DNA of 57,181 nt, the filler included, from Sphacelaria rigidula (Eukaryota): NCBI GenBank assembly GCA_964200075.2. It is 4 parts of 4 records of this genome, joined end to end, with 100 filler letters (N's around TTAATTAATTAA, not from the genome) between each part and the next. Parts side by side here need not be neighbours in the genome. Positions count along the whole stretch, not along the records: positions 1 to 14,222 come from CAXNAA020002372.1; positions 14,323 to 28,543 come from CAXNAA020002373.1; 2 more parts are not named here. One strand, written 5' to 3'. The notes beneath the pieces were generated by a model, which was not told the DNA's origin, searched no databases, and was given only the letters and a program-made list of their open reading frames with translations. Shown here piece by piece: positions 11,947 through 25,277 of this stretch (the stretch's first letter is position 1; every line of letters begins with the position of its first letter). Both the position numbers and the translations under genes were made by a program.

Positions 11947-13172
11947 TGGTTGATGCTACTTGTGCCGCGCTATCCTGTGTCAATCTCGTCCATGACAGAG
12001 CGTGAGCATATCCGATTAGCCCCCCTGTTCACGGCTCCGTCATGACTTGAAACCCTATACCGCTGAAAACCGGAATAGAAAAATAATAACCCGACACAAA
12101 AATGAAAACATCTCAAGCCATGCTGAAAGTCCACAAATATAAAATATCAAAAGCACAATTCACCCAGAAATAGTACCAACATTTTATGCCCCCCAAAACG
12201 TATATCACTTATTTCAAGTCATATTTACAATCCTAAAATGTAAATATAAAAACTGAATTTATCCAGGAAATAGTACCTTCAATATCTTATGCCCCCCAAA
12301 ACCTATATCACTCTCCCCTCCGCGGAAATATATTCCATGCAAAAAGGGCTCATCTCATCAAAAATCCCCGCCCCCCTTGCTTTCGTGGCCATAGCGCTTT
12401 TTTCAAAACATTTGCACTCTTTCCACAAATTGAATGCAGACAAAGAAATAAATCAAGCTACGTTGGCATCTCGGTGTTACTAGAAACTGAGGTTTATCCG
12501 ATCAAACTCGAACGGAACTACGAGTGAACATACGATACAGTTCAAAAGGATCTGGCCGCAAAACGAGGGTGGGTTGTATGTGGTCGATAAAATTTCGTCG
12601 AACGGCCTGACAAAAATCGGAGGTTTACACCTCCCCGATTCACATCCTTAACTGTAGCATTTTCAGTACGAGTACGTATCAACTGTTTCCCTCTGTATTG
12701 GACGCTGGCTTTATCCCCATCACCAGCAGTAGCCACGCGTGCGAGACACACCCGACGTGAACATCTCCCACAGAGAGATGCGCACAGCTATATCTCTCAG
12801 CACTTAGCCTAGTGGGGAAGCATGGACTCATCAGCGGGTAGTACGGACCAGCGCCTTCCAGCACGGTGGCTATCACGCGCAAGGTACGTGGGCGTTCTAG
12901 CACGATCGAAACGTGGACTGTCTCTCCCACGAGGAAAAACGGCAGCAGCAGCAGCAGCAGCAGCAGCAGTATCGACACCGGCTGATTCAGACCCACCCCC
13001 AGCCGCGTACATCTACTGGCAGTTAAGATGCTCCTGATACTGCTGTTATTGCTTCTCCTCCTTCTCGTGCGGAAGGCGGTTCGCGTTTCGACCTGCGACA
13101 ATACCCATACCCCCTTGCGCATGATCGCCGCCCTCCTTGAAGTCGCTGGTGTCGTGAGGACGAATCTTAGTC

Positions 13173-13624
13173 TGTTATCATGCCGCCTCAGACCCGTCGA
13201 TGAGTCGCTCTATATTTGCAATTGGGGTATCCTAAGACCCAAGACTACAGGTCTGTTCAGAGTTGGTCAGGTACGAGTATGAACTTGTATATGGTAGAGA
13301 TGGTGACAGCTTGATTTGCACGATAGCGAACCAAGCCCCACCCATCGCACTACAATCTACTGCCCTCTCTCAGCAAGAAGTCTACAACTGGTGAGACTGA
13401 TATACTGAGAGTGAGATTGGATTGGATTGAGTGGATACTGGAAGGTCGAGACCAAGCAATAATAAAGGAAGATACAACTTACGCGTGAAATACTTGTTAC
13501 TTGAACACGTCTGTGTGGCACGGTGCTTTGTTCTTTGGGCCTGGCTGTTCAGTTCTGAGGCCTGACCCCTTTGCCTTGCCTAGTGAGCCTGTGATTGCCA
13601 TAACAGCACCGTAACCTCATTACA
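13173..13624 (+). mobile_element. LTR (TGTTAT...ATTACA) followed by PBS-like TGGCGC; non-coding internal region follows
   Basis: TG..CA termini with imperfect inverted repeat, internal AATAAA, TTTGGCGCTTG immediately downstream. Confidence 0.5.
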
Positions 13625-14133
13625 TTTGGCGCTTGACTAAGGAGTCTCTTCTTTTGCAATTGCGTTTCCCTTCTTGACACCAATTTTCATCCCTGCTTGT
13701 CGAGCTGCACACGCGCAGCTCTTGTTGATCAATATCCCCCTCGTGGTTTTTGATTCAGGTAGTCAAACCGATCTCGTTGCACAAAGCCTGATAGTCAGTC
13801 CCTAGGTACGGTATAACGTTTCCCCTGTGTGTTGCACCGTGATAGTACTCGTGACTCGCGCCTCGTGCTGCTTGCTTCTTGCTGCAGCGCTTGACTGCAT
13901 ACCTTGTGCCACGCTGGGCCAACGCGCATCGCACGCCAGCTCCGCCTTGCGGTGTTTTTGTGTATTTTTGTGTCATACACACCTGCACGTTGCACTGTGG
14001 TACCTGCCGCCTGCACAATGTAACCCCCCCTGGCCGTTCAGTACAGCGCGGTCATACGCCCAGCCATCCCTGGCTCGCGTATTTGGTCTTGCTGCCCCCT
14101 ATTTTCTGACAGGACAAGGTTTCTAATACAGGT

Positions 14134-14222
14134 GAGTCATCCTACGATAGGGGGGGGGGGAGGATTTTGGGCCATTTGTTGCTCGAAATTTTGGGGCAGA
14201 ACGTCGTTGAAAGCAGCAACGG
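14134..14222 (+). mobile_element. End of a TIR DNA transposon (GAGTCATCCTACGATAGGGGG...)
   Basis: The same terminus occurs inverted at 28644-28711 and 42965-43034, always next to a contig end. Confidence 0.7.
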
Positions 14223-14322
14223 NNNNNNNNNNNNNNNNNNNNNNNNNNNNNNNNNNNNNNNNNNNNTTAATTAATTAANNNNNNNNNNNNNNNNNNNNNN
14301 NNNNNNNNNNNNNNNNNNNNNN
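14223..14322. other. Artificial contig linker (N44-TTAATTAATTAA-N44)
   Basis: Six-frame stop linker inside Ns. Confidence 0.97.
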
Positions 14323-15507
14323 CAATGCACGTACGTCACCTCGAAAAAATCGGGGGAGTCACGATCTCGGAACGGTTTTCCCCGATTTTTTCGGCCCCGA
14401 TGTGGCCCAAATCGGTGTCCGTAAAATGCGTTCCCCGATTTTTTTTCCCCCGATTTTGAAAAAATCAAGATTCGTGCTTGCCATAAAAGTGGGTCTTAGC
14501 TGGCAGATCACGACCCAACTCGTCTATGCCGATGAGATATTGCACTGAGAGCTTGAATCCGCGTCTCGGCCGGCCCAGCTTGTAGTGCGGCAGGTTTGAT
14601 ATCGACATGAGCTAGATTTGCTGCAAAATGCGGGGCAGCTGGCGGCGTACATGAACCGCGACAACCGTCACACTCTATTTGTTTTTGGTCTTGTATACGC
14701 TTTTTGTGAACGTGTGTGCATGCCTGTATGCTTGTTCGCGTGTTTTTTTAAGCATCATACGCGGGTGTTTCCTCGCGTCCAAATCATTGATTTGTCATTT
14801 ATTTGTTCATTTGCTTGCGGCTGTTTCCCCGTAACATGGATGTGATGCCCTTCTTGACTGCGAGGCTTGTGGAATTCCGCTGTATGAAAACCACTAGTCG
14901 GTCGTACATCGGAATCAACTCACGAAAACTCGCACGTTGGCCATCTCAGGACTTGATGTTACTTCTATCACTTCTACTCCTAAGTCTCCTGTCGCCACTG
15001 TTGCTTCTCGTGGAACGGTCTGCGCTCGTATACCGCCGTCATCACCGACCCGACCGGTCGTTGAGAATCGCAATGGTTATGCCGTCTAGAAGCTGTGTAT
15101 TTTTCCAGAAGGAAGGTGGCGTCTGATTTGAGTTGATTGGTTTGACTATTTCATTTGATTAGATTGTCGCACTTCTAACTGACCCGTCAGGAATCCATCC
15201 GCGGTGAGATGATGAACGTACTCAAGTGCGTCCGTCATCTGTTCGTAGATTACACGGGATGTTTGGCAGTGCATTGGGGTGAGAGGGTGTCATCGCCTTC
15301 TATTTCGGCAAGGAAGGCGCGTGAACATCATTTTATCACTATTTTCGCGTAAGCGAGGTTCGTACCTTACTTCGGGGTCCCCACACAAAGTCGAGTTTTG
15401 TTGTGCCCCCTACAGCAGTGCTGGATATTTTTGTACTGTTGGCTGTCCGTGTGCGTCTACTTGCCGCCGTCACACTGCTGCTGTTTTTGTTTCTTTTTTC
15501 TCGTCAG

Positions 15508-15659
15508 GATGTGAGCCGCAGAACTCCTACGGCGTTCAAGCTGGACGGCTTCGAACCGGGCAAGCGCATTGTCGTGAAGGTCAACGTGGGCGAGACCGAA
15601 CAGGAGAGGGAAGCCCGCTTCACCACGCCGTCCGACAAGACTGACTGGAAGATCGCCAC
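15508..15659 (+). CDS. PhoD-like exon (DVSRRTPTAFKLDG...WKIAT)
   Basis: Polypyrimidine tract and AG, GT donor, phase matches the next exon. Confidence 0.8.
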
Positions 15660-18600
15660 GTACGTTGTTTTGTCTTCGTTTTGGTCTTTGTTTTGTCTTC
15701 CTTTTTTTTTTTGCCTCGAGTTCTCCCATGACTTCACTCCCAGTCGTTTCAACATGACTAGTACAACAGTGCCTGGCGCCTGTTGAAGTAGCATGGAGAC
15801 GGAGACCCCACCGACATCACCCGCCACATTAAGATGGGGTGGCCGATACCTTGGTGAAAAATTGTAAGGGTTACGTACCTGTGGCCAACGAAAAATCGTT
15901 AATTTGTCGAATACAAGTGTGCGTTGCATGTCAACTCTTCTGTGGCGTATTTTCCAGTGAAGAGACAGAAGGCCAGGCGGACTTTTTTACGTTGGATCAT
16001 GGCATTCATCATCATATATGTACATCTGTTATGCCATTTTGAGCGTGCACGGTTTGACTTCAGCTCGAATGATGTAAGGGAGTTGTGCAATTCTTACCCC
16101 ACGTACCCTTGCAACTTGGCTACAGACTGGATGATATTTTTTTACAATCCTCATTTGCCGGAGTTTGCCGGAATCCTCATGGATATCTGAGGAAGTGATC
16201 TCGAGGTGACCTCATTCGCCCTGCCATCATCCCCGCAAAGGACGCTGAGGGAGGGCCGAAACATGCACTTGAAAAACGGTTCTTTTCCATGCCCCTAGGA
16301 GGTGGTTTGAGCATGGCGGTTGGACACTATCTGAAAATGTATCCGTATCCTCATTGCCATGGGACTCCCATGTCACTCGATGCTACTGTACTGCAGATCT
16401 ACCGCTGTATTGTACCAATCACTCGGAAACGTACAACGTGCTCTCACGATTTTTTGCTATCCCCTCCCACCCCCCTAGCACTTACAACGCAAGCGTATAT
16501 CTCGGAACACTTTCCCGAGCTTTTTGAAAATGATTCCACAAGCGGCAGCACCACGAGTCACCAAATATCTATCATTACTACGTGAAGACAATAAGATTGC
16601 CACTCAAGCTGCCGTTTTCTCCAAAATAAGTTCCGTGTTGAAGTCGGGACGAGAGATGTAACGCTTCTGAACGCAGGTCTTCGGGTGTTTTTGTCGCGTG
16701 TGAAATTAACATACGAGTAAGATGGGTTCTTGTCCTCGCTGGGGTGATGAAAAATGACACGTCTCAACAGTGGTTGTTACGAGTAGGTGGGTAACCGCTG
16801 ATATCGGTCGTCGGGCACGGAGAGCACGCATTTCGAGAAGAATAATCGTTTTCATGTTCCATGATCACTTCATTTATGTTATCGTTTGCGCATCAAGTGT
16901 ATCCTCGCATTTTCTTTCATGAGTAATTTTTTTCTCATCCTTCTTCGATGTGCTCCACTTATCTCAAATATTTTTTGTTTCATGTGTTGTCGTGATCGCG
17001 CACACAGCGTCAGCTGCAACTGCCACTCGAGGATGGAGCCCATCGCACTGTGGGAGAAGCTGGCCAAGGTGGTCGGAGACGTGGACTGCATCCTTCACAT
17101 GGGAGACCAGATCTACGCTGACATGGACCGCGTTACCAAGTATGAAAAATAGCCTTCATTGTACTGTGCTTTGCGTGTACCGCCCAATTGGTCGGCATTG
17201 GTGACAGCAGTGAGCCGTGGTCAGGGGTGAGAGTGTGCTGGAATGCCCGTTATACGTTTTTCTAGCACACGCTTGGAATGACGTGGGTGGGTCACGAACC
17301 AGGAGTCGACACTGGACAGTTGCGCACGACAAACTGTTTTTTGATTGCAAATTAGTTTTCGGTTAGGGTGTAACAATCTTTCTCGCACAAACAGACGCAG
17401 ACGCGAAGGTCTACCCAAACCATGAAATTCGTAGAAGAAGAAAAACGAGTTCCTAATGAACAAAATCTGTTGAAGGACACAACACGTGCAGTACACACAC
17501 AGGTACAGAACGAGCCGCGTGTGTGTTTTTTTTTGGAAAACAGGAGCTTTCTGTGATCGATGATGGACAAGGACATGATCTGTTTGACGGTGACTGATCT
17601 TTTGGTTTTCTTTTCTTCCATGTTTTTTTCACAGAAATGACTCTTCAGTCAACTCGGCGTGGGTGCAGAGCAACAGGTTTCTGGAAGAGCTGCCGGAGGA
17701 CGAGTGGGAAGGGGAGACCGGCAAGATCCTCGAGCAGTACCGCAGGGTCTACCGCGAGTGAGTTGCAGCGGTCTGGCGCCACGTGGCCAACCTACCCTTT
17801 GGCGATTATGTATGCCCACTTATTTTTTTCATTCTCCAAACTTGGCTAGACTTTCTTCATGGGCTGGGTCCTCGCTCGCAACTGAAAGATGCGGGTGTCC
17901 AGAATGGTTGACATCGCCCGATTAGTATTGAGCGCAGGTTCCTTCCGTCTGTACACAATACGACCATGTGCCTACGCCAGTTTTGTCTTCGACGTGGCTT
18001 CCTCATGTCATGGGTTCTTCCCACGTCTACAACAACTTTCCCGATTTTTTTCACCCGTTTCGCGCTTTGCGATTCTCCGTATTTCTTCATGTTTTGCAGC
18101 ACATGGAACTACCCGCCTCTCGCCCAGGTGCTGGCCAGCACGGCGAACTACATGATCTGCGACGACCATGAAGTGGTGGATGACCTGGGTGAGTTGGGTC
18201 TGGTTGGTATGTCTTGTGTTGCATGGGCATTGCTCTGTGCTGTACGTCATTCGTATTCACCGCATGTACCTTACCCACGTCATTTGCTGGAAAAATAGTG
18301 AAGGCATCGACTGGGGAGATGTGCTTCAAGTTGTGTCCATCCGTGCGCATCGAGGATTTTTTGTGTACCAGTGGTCGTACGGTGAAGATCCGCCCCTAAT
18401 AGTGTGGTGGTTACATGATCTGAAATGAGCATTCCAGTTGCCTATCCTGCCGACCCTTGCTAGAATCAGGGGTGCTAAGTACAGTACTCCATGCACACAA
18501 AAGCTTATCTTTTGGGTCGACGCTGCACGTTGTTGTTGTTGTTCGTGTTCGCGTGTAGATTGTTTTCTCCTCATGAAGATCGCCTGCCTGCATGCTTGCC

Positions 18601-21600
18601 CTCTGGCTCGCTCGCTTGCTTGCTTACTCCCTTGCTTGCTCGTGCGTTTGTTTATGTCTGCATTTATACTTGTGGACAACCGGACAGGTGACGAAGAGTC
18701 ACACGTGGATCACAGCACTAGGGAGTTCTTCGTAATCAAGCTGGCTTACCAGGTCTACCTCGAGTACCAGAAGCAGCTGTACTGCGACACGGACGGTGAG
18801 TCGTGAACGTGGATGATGACTCAACAACGAGTGGAGAATGACTATGGTACGGTCCTGTTGGTCAAGGATGGTACAAATGGCTTTTTATGGGTCATGCCTC
18901 TTCGTAGTGCGTGACTACCGTGCGCAGTAGTAGCAAAACCATTTTTTTCACACCATATGGTGATCAATCATGACGCATGACTGGGGACTTTGCAAAAGAC
19001 TGTGAATGTCTGCTGCGTTCTCCATCGTCCCAAACATGGGCGGGTTGACTGCAGGGTGAACGATGCCTTGCGAGGTGAGGGATGGTCGGGCAGACGCCAA
19101 CCCTCACTCTAAACCATGCGCCGACCTTTTTCACCCTGGGGTAACGAGGGTGTGAAGAATACTGTAGAAAAATTGGGGATTAACAAAGCCCGAAATGACG
19201 CCGTGTGGTGTCGCGAACACGAGCACTCGGCGCAGTCGGCAACCTTGCAACCTATTCACTTCAACGCGGTCAAGTTGAGTTACGACAGGCTACTGGGGAA
19301 GTTTCGTGACTCGACTTTCACGTGGAAAAGCTACGACAGTGACTATCCGCAATAACACCCCAGTCGACGCATGGATGAGTTACAAATTCTTGGCGTTCGA
19401 GTACACGGAGCGAACAGTAGACAAAAGCTATGGGAATATCCAGCAACGAACGCACATGGACCCCCATTAAGTAGTGCGTGAGATTGTTCACGACAGAGGG
19501 GCATCCTGTGGAGGAGAAACGTACAAAGACAACGTTTCAAAGATTGAACACACGCTGTATATCAAGCGCTTCAAGTGCGGGGTAGACAACCTCCAGAGCA
19601 TGCGTAGGGGTAGAGACGATGTTGATCACAGACTTCAGAGCCGTTTTTGTCGATGTATGGATGATGACACGCCCTGTCGTACCCGTGGCCTTGATGTGAT
19701 CCAGTGTATGACATGAGCAACAAGGTCTACTTTGCCCACAAGCTAAGCCCCAAGGTCGGCTTCTTCATGATGGACAACCGCGTCGAGAGGAGCATCCACA
19801 GGTGAGACAAACAGCGCAAGAGCAATAGTGGTACTGACGGGTGGGATTATTTTCACCAAGTTTGCGGCCTTGAGCACGAAATTGATTTGGACGATGAACA
19901 CCTTGCTTTTCATGATGGTGGGGAGCTGTCGATTCTATGGTTTCGGCTGCTGCTGGTGTTGCCTGGCTGTATCTTCACCTCAACTCGTCTCCAGGCTCTG
20001 TGGTTCACTAGCACGAAAGCCTTTACCGAACATTGAAAATGCGGTTTAGCCACAACCCAAACACATCTCCAAGTTGGACCAAGAACACTCCGACAAGGGG
20101 GTGTAGTGGAGAGTGCGTTTTGCAGAGGAGCTTGGATAGGCGCTGTAGGGATCAATTGGAGCAAAAATGTGCAAGGCTGTGTGCTGTACAGTAGAATACA
20201 CCCGGGAGTGAGGAGGGGGTTGGCACCCAACCGCTCCGAAGTGTCTCTTGAACACTGCAGTGTGGTCCGAAAGAGTAATTTCCGATAAAATATCTGTTTC
20301 AGACTTGCGTGAATGCCTCAAGTTCAGCGGATGTACCGTACACAAACGCGAGCCCGAAAATGTGTGCTAGGCACGCTAGCGAGCGCCTGAGACCGTCGGG
20401 AAACAAGTACAAATGGCATAAAATTGCTTCGATGGCATTTGACGATGACACGGGGTACCGCAAGCGCCCGAGCTTGTCGACCCTTTAACCGCTAGGGTGG
20501 GAGCATGGGTTTAACTGGCATATGCTTTTACGTGAAAGCATGAAGTACACGCCCCAGGTGACGCCATCCACCGTGGCGTTCAAATGACTGACATCTTGCC
20601 TGATGGCGTTGTTCTGTAATGTGATGATTATTGTGAGTGGCCCCTTTCTACATGTTGTGTTGCATGTTCGCGATTGGCTCTTGTTGTGTTGGCGCTTGTT
20701 TTCTTCTTTTGTCTCTCTTTTTTGTGACAGATCGGACCATGACGAGGAGGACTGGGAAAACAAGACGTTCCTAGGTCCCGATCAGTGGCGCTACATGAGG
20801 CGCGCTTTCAACCACCAGCTGGAGGACTGCGAGACGGTGCTTGTCGCATCTCCCACGCCCATCGTGTTCCTCAGCCAGGGGTCAGTGCAAGACGGACGGT
20901 AGCATTCTACTAATATAGAAACAGTGAAGATGATGGCCTTACGCGCAGGATTTTTCAGTCGGCATGTTTGTTCGTGTTCTACCGGGGGGGGGGGGGGGGA
21001 GACTTTGACCATACAAAAGCTTCAGGCTGAGGACTACGGCCGAGAAAATGGTTTATGGTCCTGTATGTATGACCCAGGGTTCAGGCTCGTCCGTGCTCAC
21101 TTGTCGTACATGACTACCGCCTGTATTGAACAAATGAGCACCTAAGAGGGGGTTGGGTGATTGAGTGGATCGTCCAGTAGTTTCAGCGAACAGCGTCTTG
21201 AAATGTCAACTTACCTCTACATACCTCGTGTTTCGCACAGAGTCTAACGGCGGTGAACCTTGCCCTCTTGTTTTTTGCGTTGTCGATGTCGTTGTCGTTG
21301 TCGCCATAGTCTGATGATGGTGAAATATTGTTCCGCGTGTACTGTCCAACCCATCACTTCGAAGTACATATATATATATATATGCCACTCTTTTGTTCGT
21401 CTTTTGTTTTTTTCAACACATGAACAGTGCCACCGGCTTGGCTTCAATGGTCATGGACGACGCCAGGGGAACTTGGGGACACAAGAATTTCGAGGAGTGA
21501 GTTTTTTTTCCCTCTGAGAGGCATACGTGTTTTTTGGAACGGTGAGGTAAATGTTGATCGATCTCTTCAATATTTGTCGAAACGTTTTCAAGTGGCGCGC

Positions 21601-24600
21601 TCCGGGTCTGGTTGTGTTGAAGTTTGGACATGCCTACATGACGTGTGGAGCAAGTGACGGGGAAAGAGAAGCTCCCACACGTGATAATAATGGGAGAAGA
21701 GGGTTACAAAAAATGGGTGAGAGTCGACCAAAGACATGCGCAGCGATGATTATGTGGAGGGTGACCCTTGTTCTGTACCTTGTGCACTTCATGTGACGTT
21801 ATTGCCGTGTGTGATTAATGCACGGTGTTCTTGGCGTCTTACCGTTTTGCTCCCCATTTTTTGCCTTTGTTGCGAAAAAAAAACTAATTTGCACCATCAC
21901 GTGCGTGTTGCGTGCTGTCCGAACGAGTTTTTGTCCATGCTGACACCTCAAAACCGTGATGTTTGGCGGTGTCATTTGGGGCGCGTTCAATGATGTTTTG
22001 GTGTGTTCCATGTCTGATCGATTATCACTGATTCTTGACAAACATTCACACCCTGGACAGCATTTGGTCAAAAATTGCATGCAGCTAGACAACCACTGTA
22101 CGGCGGGAAGTGTAGGCCTACTGCAATTTTGGGAACATGTAGCACCACTACAGTTCCTGGTTGCTGTATTTTGTGGTTGATCGATATGGTTATAATCCAT
22201 TGATGGCAAGCGATTTCGCACATGAAGCGCACATATTTCACAATGAGCATCTGTAGAGGTTTATAGTAGCCGTTTGTGCGTCGCTTCCGAACCACGGCTG
22301 TCTCCTCTTGTTTCATGTTTTTCTTTTCTTACCGTTCCAATGACTGCTGTTTCCTGGAATATCCTCCTGTGCTCTTGTGCTTCCGTTGCTCACAGGGAGC
22401 AAAAGGCAGTTTGCACCATGCTGAGCCACTGGCAACGCGACAGGCCTAACCGCGCCATCGTCACCCTTGGTGGGGACGTGCACGTCGGCGGCTTCACTGA
22501 CTCGAGGGTAAGACACTGAACACTTTGACCGTTCATGCACGACACTTTCGCTCGTTAGCTCGAATAAAACCCTTGAATGATCAATTCAACAATGTCTCCT
22601 CGTGGGCGGGCGGCAGGGGGGTACTCATGGTCATTACATGTCATAGCCACAAGACCATTGACCTCACATCCCTACAAAGGGGACGGAGCACGCCGGGTTT
22701 TCGCCGGACCAGGCTCGCACTCAAACCGCCACGCGCGAAGCGCCGTGGTGTGTTCGGCGAGTCGCATGAAGGATGAGCCGCATCCTGCTAAGATTGTTCG
22801 GCCCGATGCCTACTGATTATCTTGGCATTTAGATGACAGCCTGCAATTAGTTGCTTTATCGTTTGGTATCCCCACTTCCAGAGACAGCCACGACTTATAC
22901 GCTGCCTTATCGGTGTCTCACCATTCGAACACTGCGTGACTTGAGTATTGCTTCAGTTGGTCCCGTTTTATTTCTTCATTTTTTCATCGGTGGGCACTGA
23001 ACTGGCCTACCCCGGTCGCCGGTTCGCGTTGTGACTGTTGAACGGTATTCCATTCTTTGAACAATTGAACCACTCAACGTTTCCTCATCTTCTGCATGAT
23101 GACAGTGGCCGTGTGTCTTCACTGACTCGAAGAAGTCTGGCTAGAACACTTGTAAGTTTCCGAATTCGTCGAGTTTGACCGTGTTGGTGTTTCAGGTATC
23201 CGTTCGTCGGCAAAAAGGGAAAAGGGATCAGCGGTGCTCGTTTTCCCGTACGCCGTATTTGCTGTGTATGCCATTTTCTACATTCTGGATCAGGGTGAAT
23301 GCCTGTAGTTTGCTCCCCGCTAGATACAAACGCAACAATGACACTATGAACACATGTTTTGGATGATGATAATCCCCGCAAGAGGGCCAACCGTGTGACA
23401 ATGATCGCCACATATTTCCTTGCGTCCTTTGCCGTGTCACCAGTGGTGAAGAATATTTGATGATGACTTCTGGTAGCTATGAAACCTGGAAAATCGCTTT
23501 CAAATCGAAAATACCAAATGAGCCTTGTGTATCCATGTCTTGGATTTGACGTTCAGGCGTCATCTCGTGCTCCGCACGTCCTCATAAAAATGGCTTCTCA
23601 ACACCTCCCCTCATTTATCTTCTTTTGCCATGTTCCCTCTTTTGTGGTGCTGTGACTTCTCACCCGTATGTATCGACCGTCAGACGCGAAAATTTTGCGT
23701 TTTCCATCTAAAATTTCACGTGCTGAGAGACGAATCATGACTTGACTGACGCTTGTCTTCTGTTTTTTTTTTTCTTCAATTCTGTCGAATGTGTGTGTGC
23801 GTGTTCGGTTGGGTGCCGAATTGGGAACAGCACGAGGATCACGAGGCTCCCCTGCACCAGATGACTGCGTCAGCCATCGGCAACATCCCGGAGGGCAACA
23901 TCGACGGCGTCAAGGCGGCTATTGCGTCAGCGGCCTTCAACCTTGATTCTAGAGGCTTCAACTTCGAGGTGAGCTGTAATGTATTGCCATTTCCTATCGC
24001 GTATCCGCACACACGGAAATGGAGCACGTCTCTGTCCTCGGCACTTACTATCAACCCCGTCTCGCGAGGTTATCGCGAGGCCATTACTCGATCCCAAGGC
24101 AGCTATGGTGATTGAAGTAGCGGATATCGAATGTGGGGATCGGTGAGACTTGGCATTTTTTTTCACCATAATATCTCCTACGGTACGTTCCAACTTCTGC
24201 TGGCCACCCCCGCGCAGCTCCGAATGGATAGTGGATGCTGCTGCTGCTGATGGTTCATCTGTCTCCGTTTTTCATTTTGAATAATAATTTGTATAATTTT
24301 TTGTGTCGTTCATGGCTCTAGCGGTGCGTGTGCTAGGTCGTCGTCTACCGTTGCGCATGCATACGTACGTATGTGTGTACATACGTATAACTTGAGGAAA
24401 GTAACACGTATACTCGCTTGATCACGATTACTACTCCACTGACTTACAACGTAGAAGTGTCGGAAAACAATACTCCGTGCTCTTGTTCCCGATTGTCGGC
24501 CGTCGATGGGGGTAACGTCACTTCTGTCTGTGTGCAGGCCAAGCACCACAAGTGGATCTACACTCCTAACTTCGGCATGGTGGACGTCACCGTGGGCAAG

Positions 24601-25277
24601 GGAGAAGATGAGCGCCCCGACATCACATGTCAGTATAGACGCACTCACCGCACCTTGTCTCGAGCCGAACACACAAACGGGTTTTCGACTGTTGAACCTG
24701 ATACTCGCGGTAGGGTCGTTGCTCGGACAGAGGGTAGTGGTCACCAGCATCAACATGCCATATCCGCGTGACGTCCCTTCCTGATGTAGGTCAATTGTTT
24801 TTTGTCGTTCGCAGACGTGCGTCATCCCAGGCTCTCTCTGCTGGAAAGAAAACACGGGGGTCAAGCGTAGGAGGAGGATGGTGATACAAAGAAAGTATCG
24901 CTGTTGAGTAAGACGTCAAGCAACGTCACGTTAGCTGTCATCCTGAAAGTTTTTTCGTCGTGATGCTTATTTTTTTTTCAACATTAATTCGAAACCATAG
25001 ATGAAAAACTCCCAACTGACTTGTTTGCTGTTTTGATGACGTCGGCGTCCCTCGCCCCCGCAGCTTCGTTCTGACATATACATACCAATCCCTTTTCCTT
25101 TCATCCTCTGCGTACCGTGTCTTGTGTTTATACCGACCGACTACAGTGACACTCGTGCGGCAGGACGAGCCCATCATCCGCAACCTCACGTTTGGCAACG
25201 ACGACATCGAGGTCGAAAGCGCGGATCAGCACAACGCTGCCTCGAAGGCCCACGCCACGGCAAGCCAAATGGGCTAG
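15508..25277 (+). CDS. phoD: PhoD-like (alkaline phosphatase D family) metallophosphatase, 12 exons, 5'-incomplete, 463 aa reconstructed
   Basis: Exons 15508-15659, 17008-17139, 17635-17757, 18100-18188, 18688-18795, 19705-19801, 20731-20880, 21428-21496, 22396-22507, 23831-23968, 24538-24628, 25147-25277 all have GT-AG boundaries and consistent phases (1392 nt, ending TAG). Motifs VSCN, LHMGDQIYAD, DDHEV, MDNR, LGPDQW, GGDVH and NFG are typical of PhoD. Confidence 0.92.
17008..17139 (+). CDS. PhoD-like exon (VSCN...LHMGDQIYAD)
   Basis: Catalytic GDQIYAD motif; AG/GT boundaries. Confidence 0.9.
17635..17757 (+). CDS. PhoD-like exon (NDSSVNSAW...YRRVYR)
   Basis: AG/GTGAG boundaries, in phase. 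Confidence 0.88.
18100..18188 (+). CDS. PhoD-like exon (TWNYPP...DDHEVVDDL)
   Basis: DDHE metal-binding motif; AG/GTGAG boundaries. Confidence 0.9.
18688..18795 (+). CDS. PhoD-like exon (DEESHVD...YLEYQKQLYCDTD)
   Basis: AG/GTGAG boundaries, in phase. Confidence 0.88.
19705..19801 (+). CDS. PhoD-like exon (YDMSNKVYF...MMDNRVERSIH)
   Basis: DxR motif; AG/GTGAG boundaries. Confidence 0.88.
20731..20880 (+). CDS. PhoD-like exon (SDHDEED...LGPDQW...PTPIVFLSQ)
   Basis: LGxxQW motif; AG/GTCAG boundaries. Confidence 0.9.
21428..21496 (+). CDS. PhoD-like exon (ATGLASMVMDDARGTWGHKNFE)
   Basis: AG/GTGAG boundaries, in phase. Confidence 0.85.
22396..22507 (+). CDS. PhoD-like exon (EQKAVC...LGGDVHVGGFTDSR)
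   Basis: GDVH metal-binding motif; AG/GTAAG boundaries. Confidence 0.9.
23831..23968 (+). CDS. PhoD-like exon (HEDHEAPLHQMTASAIGN...FNFE)
   Basis: AG/GTGAG boundaries, in phase. Confidence 0.88.
24538..24628 (+). CDS. PhoD-like exon (AKHHKWIYTPNFGMVDV...)
   Basis: NFG motif; AG/GTCAG boundaries. Confidence 0.88.
25147..25277 (+). CDS. PhoD-like terminal exon (LTLVRQDEP...SQMG*)
   Basis: AG acceptor, in phase, ends in TAG. Confidence 0.82.

Noticed and set aside
15190-15226. Possible extra upstream PhoD exon after CTAAC..CAG
   Set aside because: The strongest donor gives a phase incompatible with the exon at 15508; cannot be supported without RNA data.
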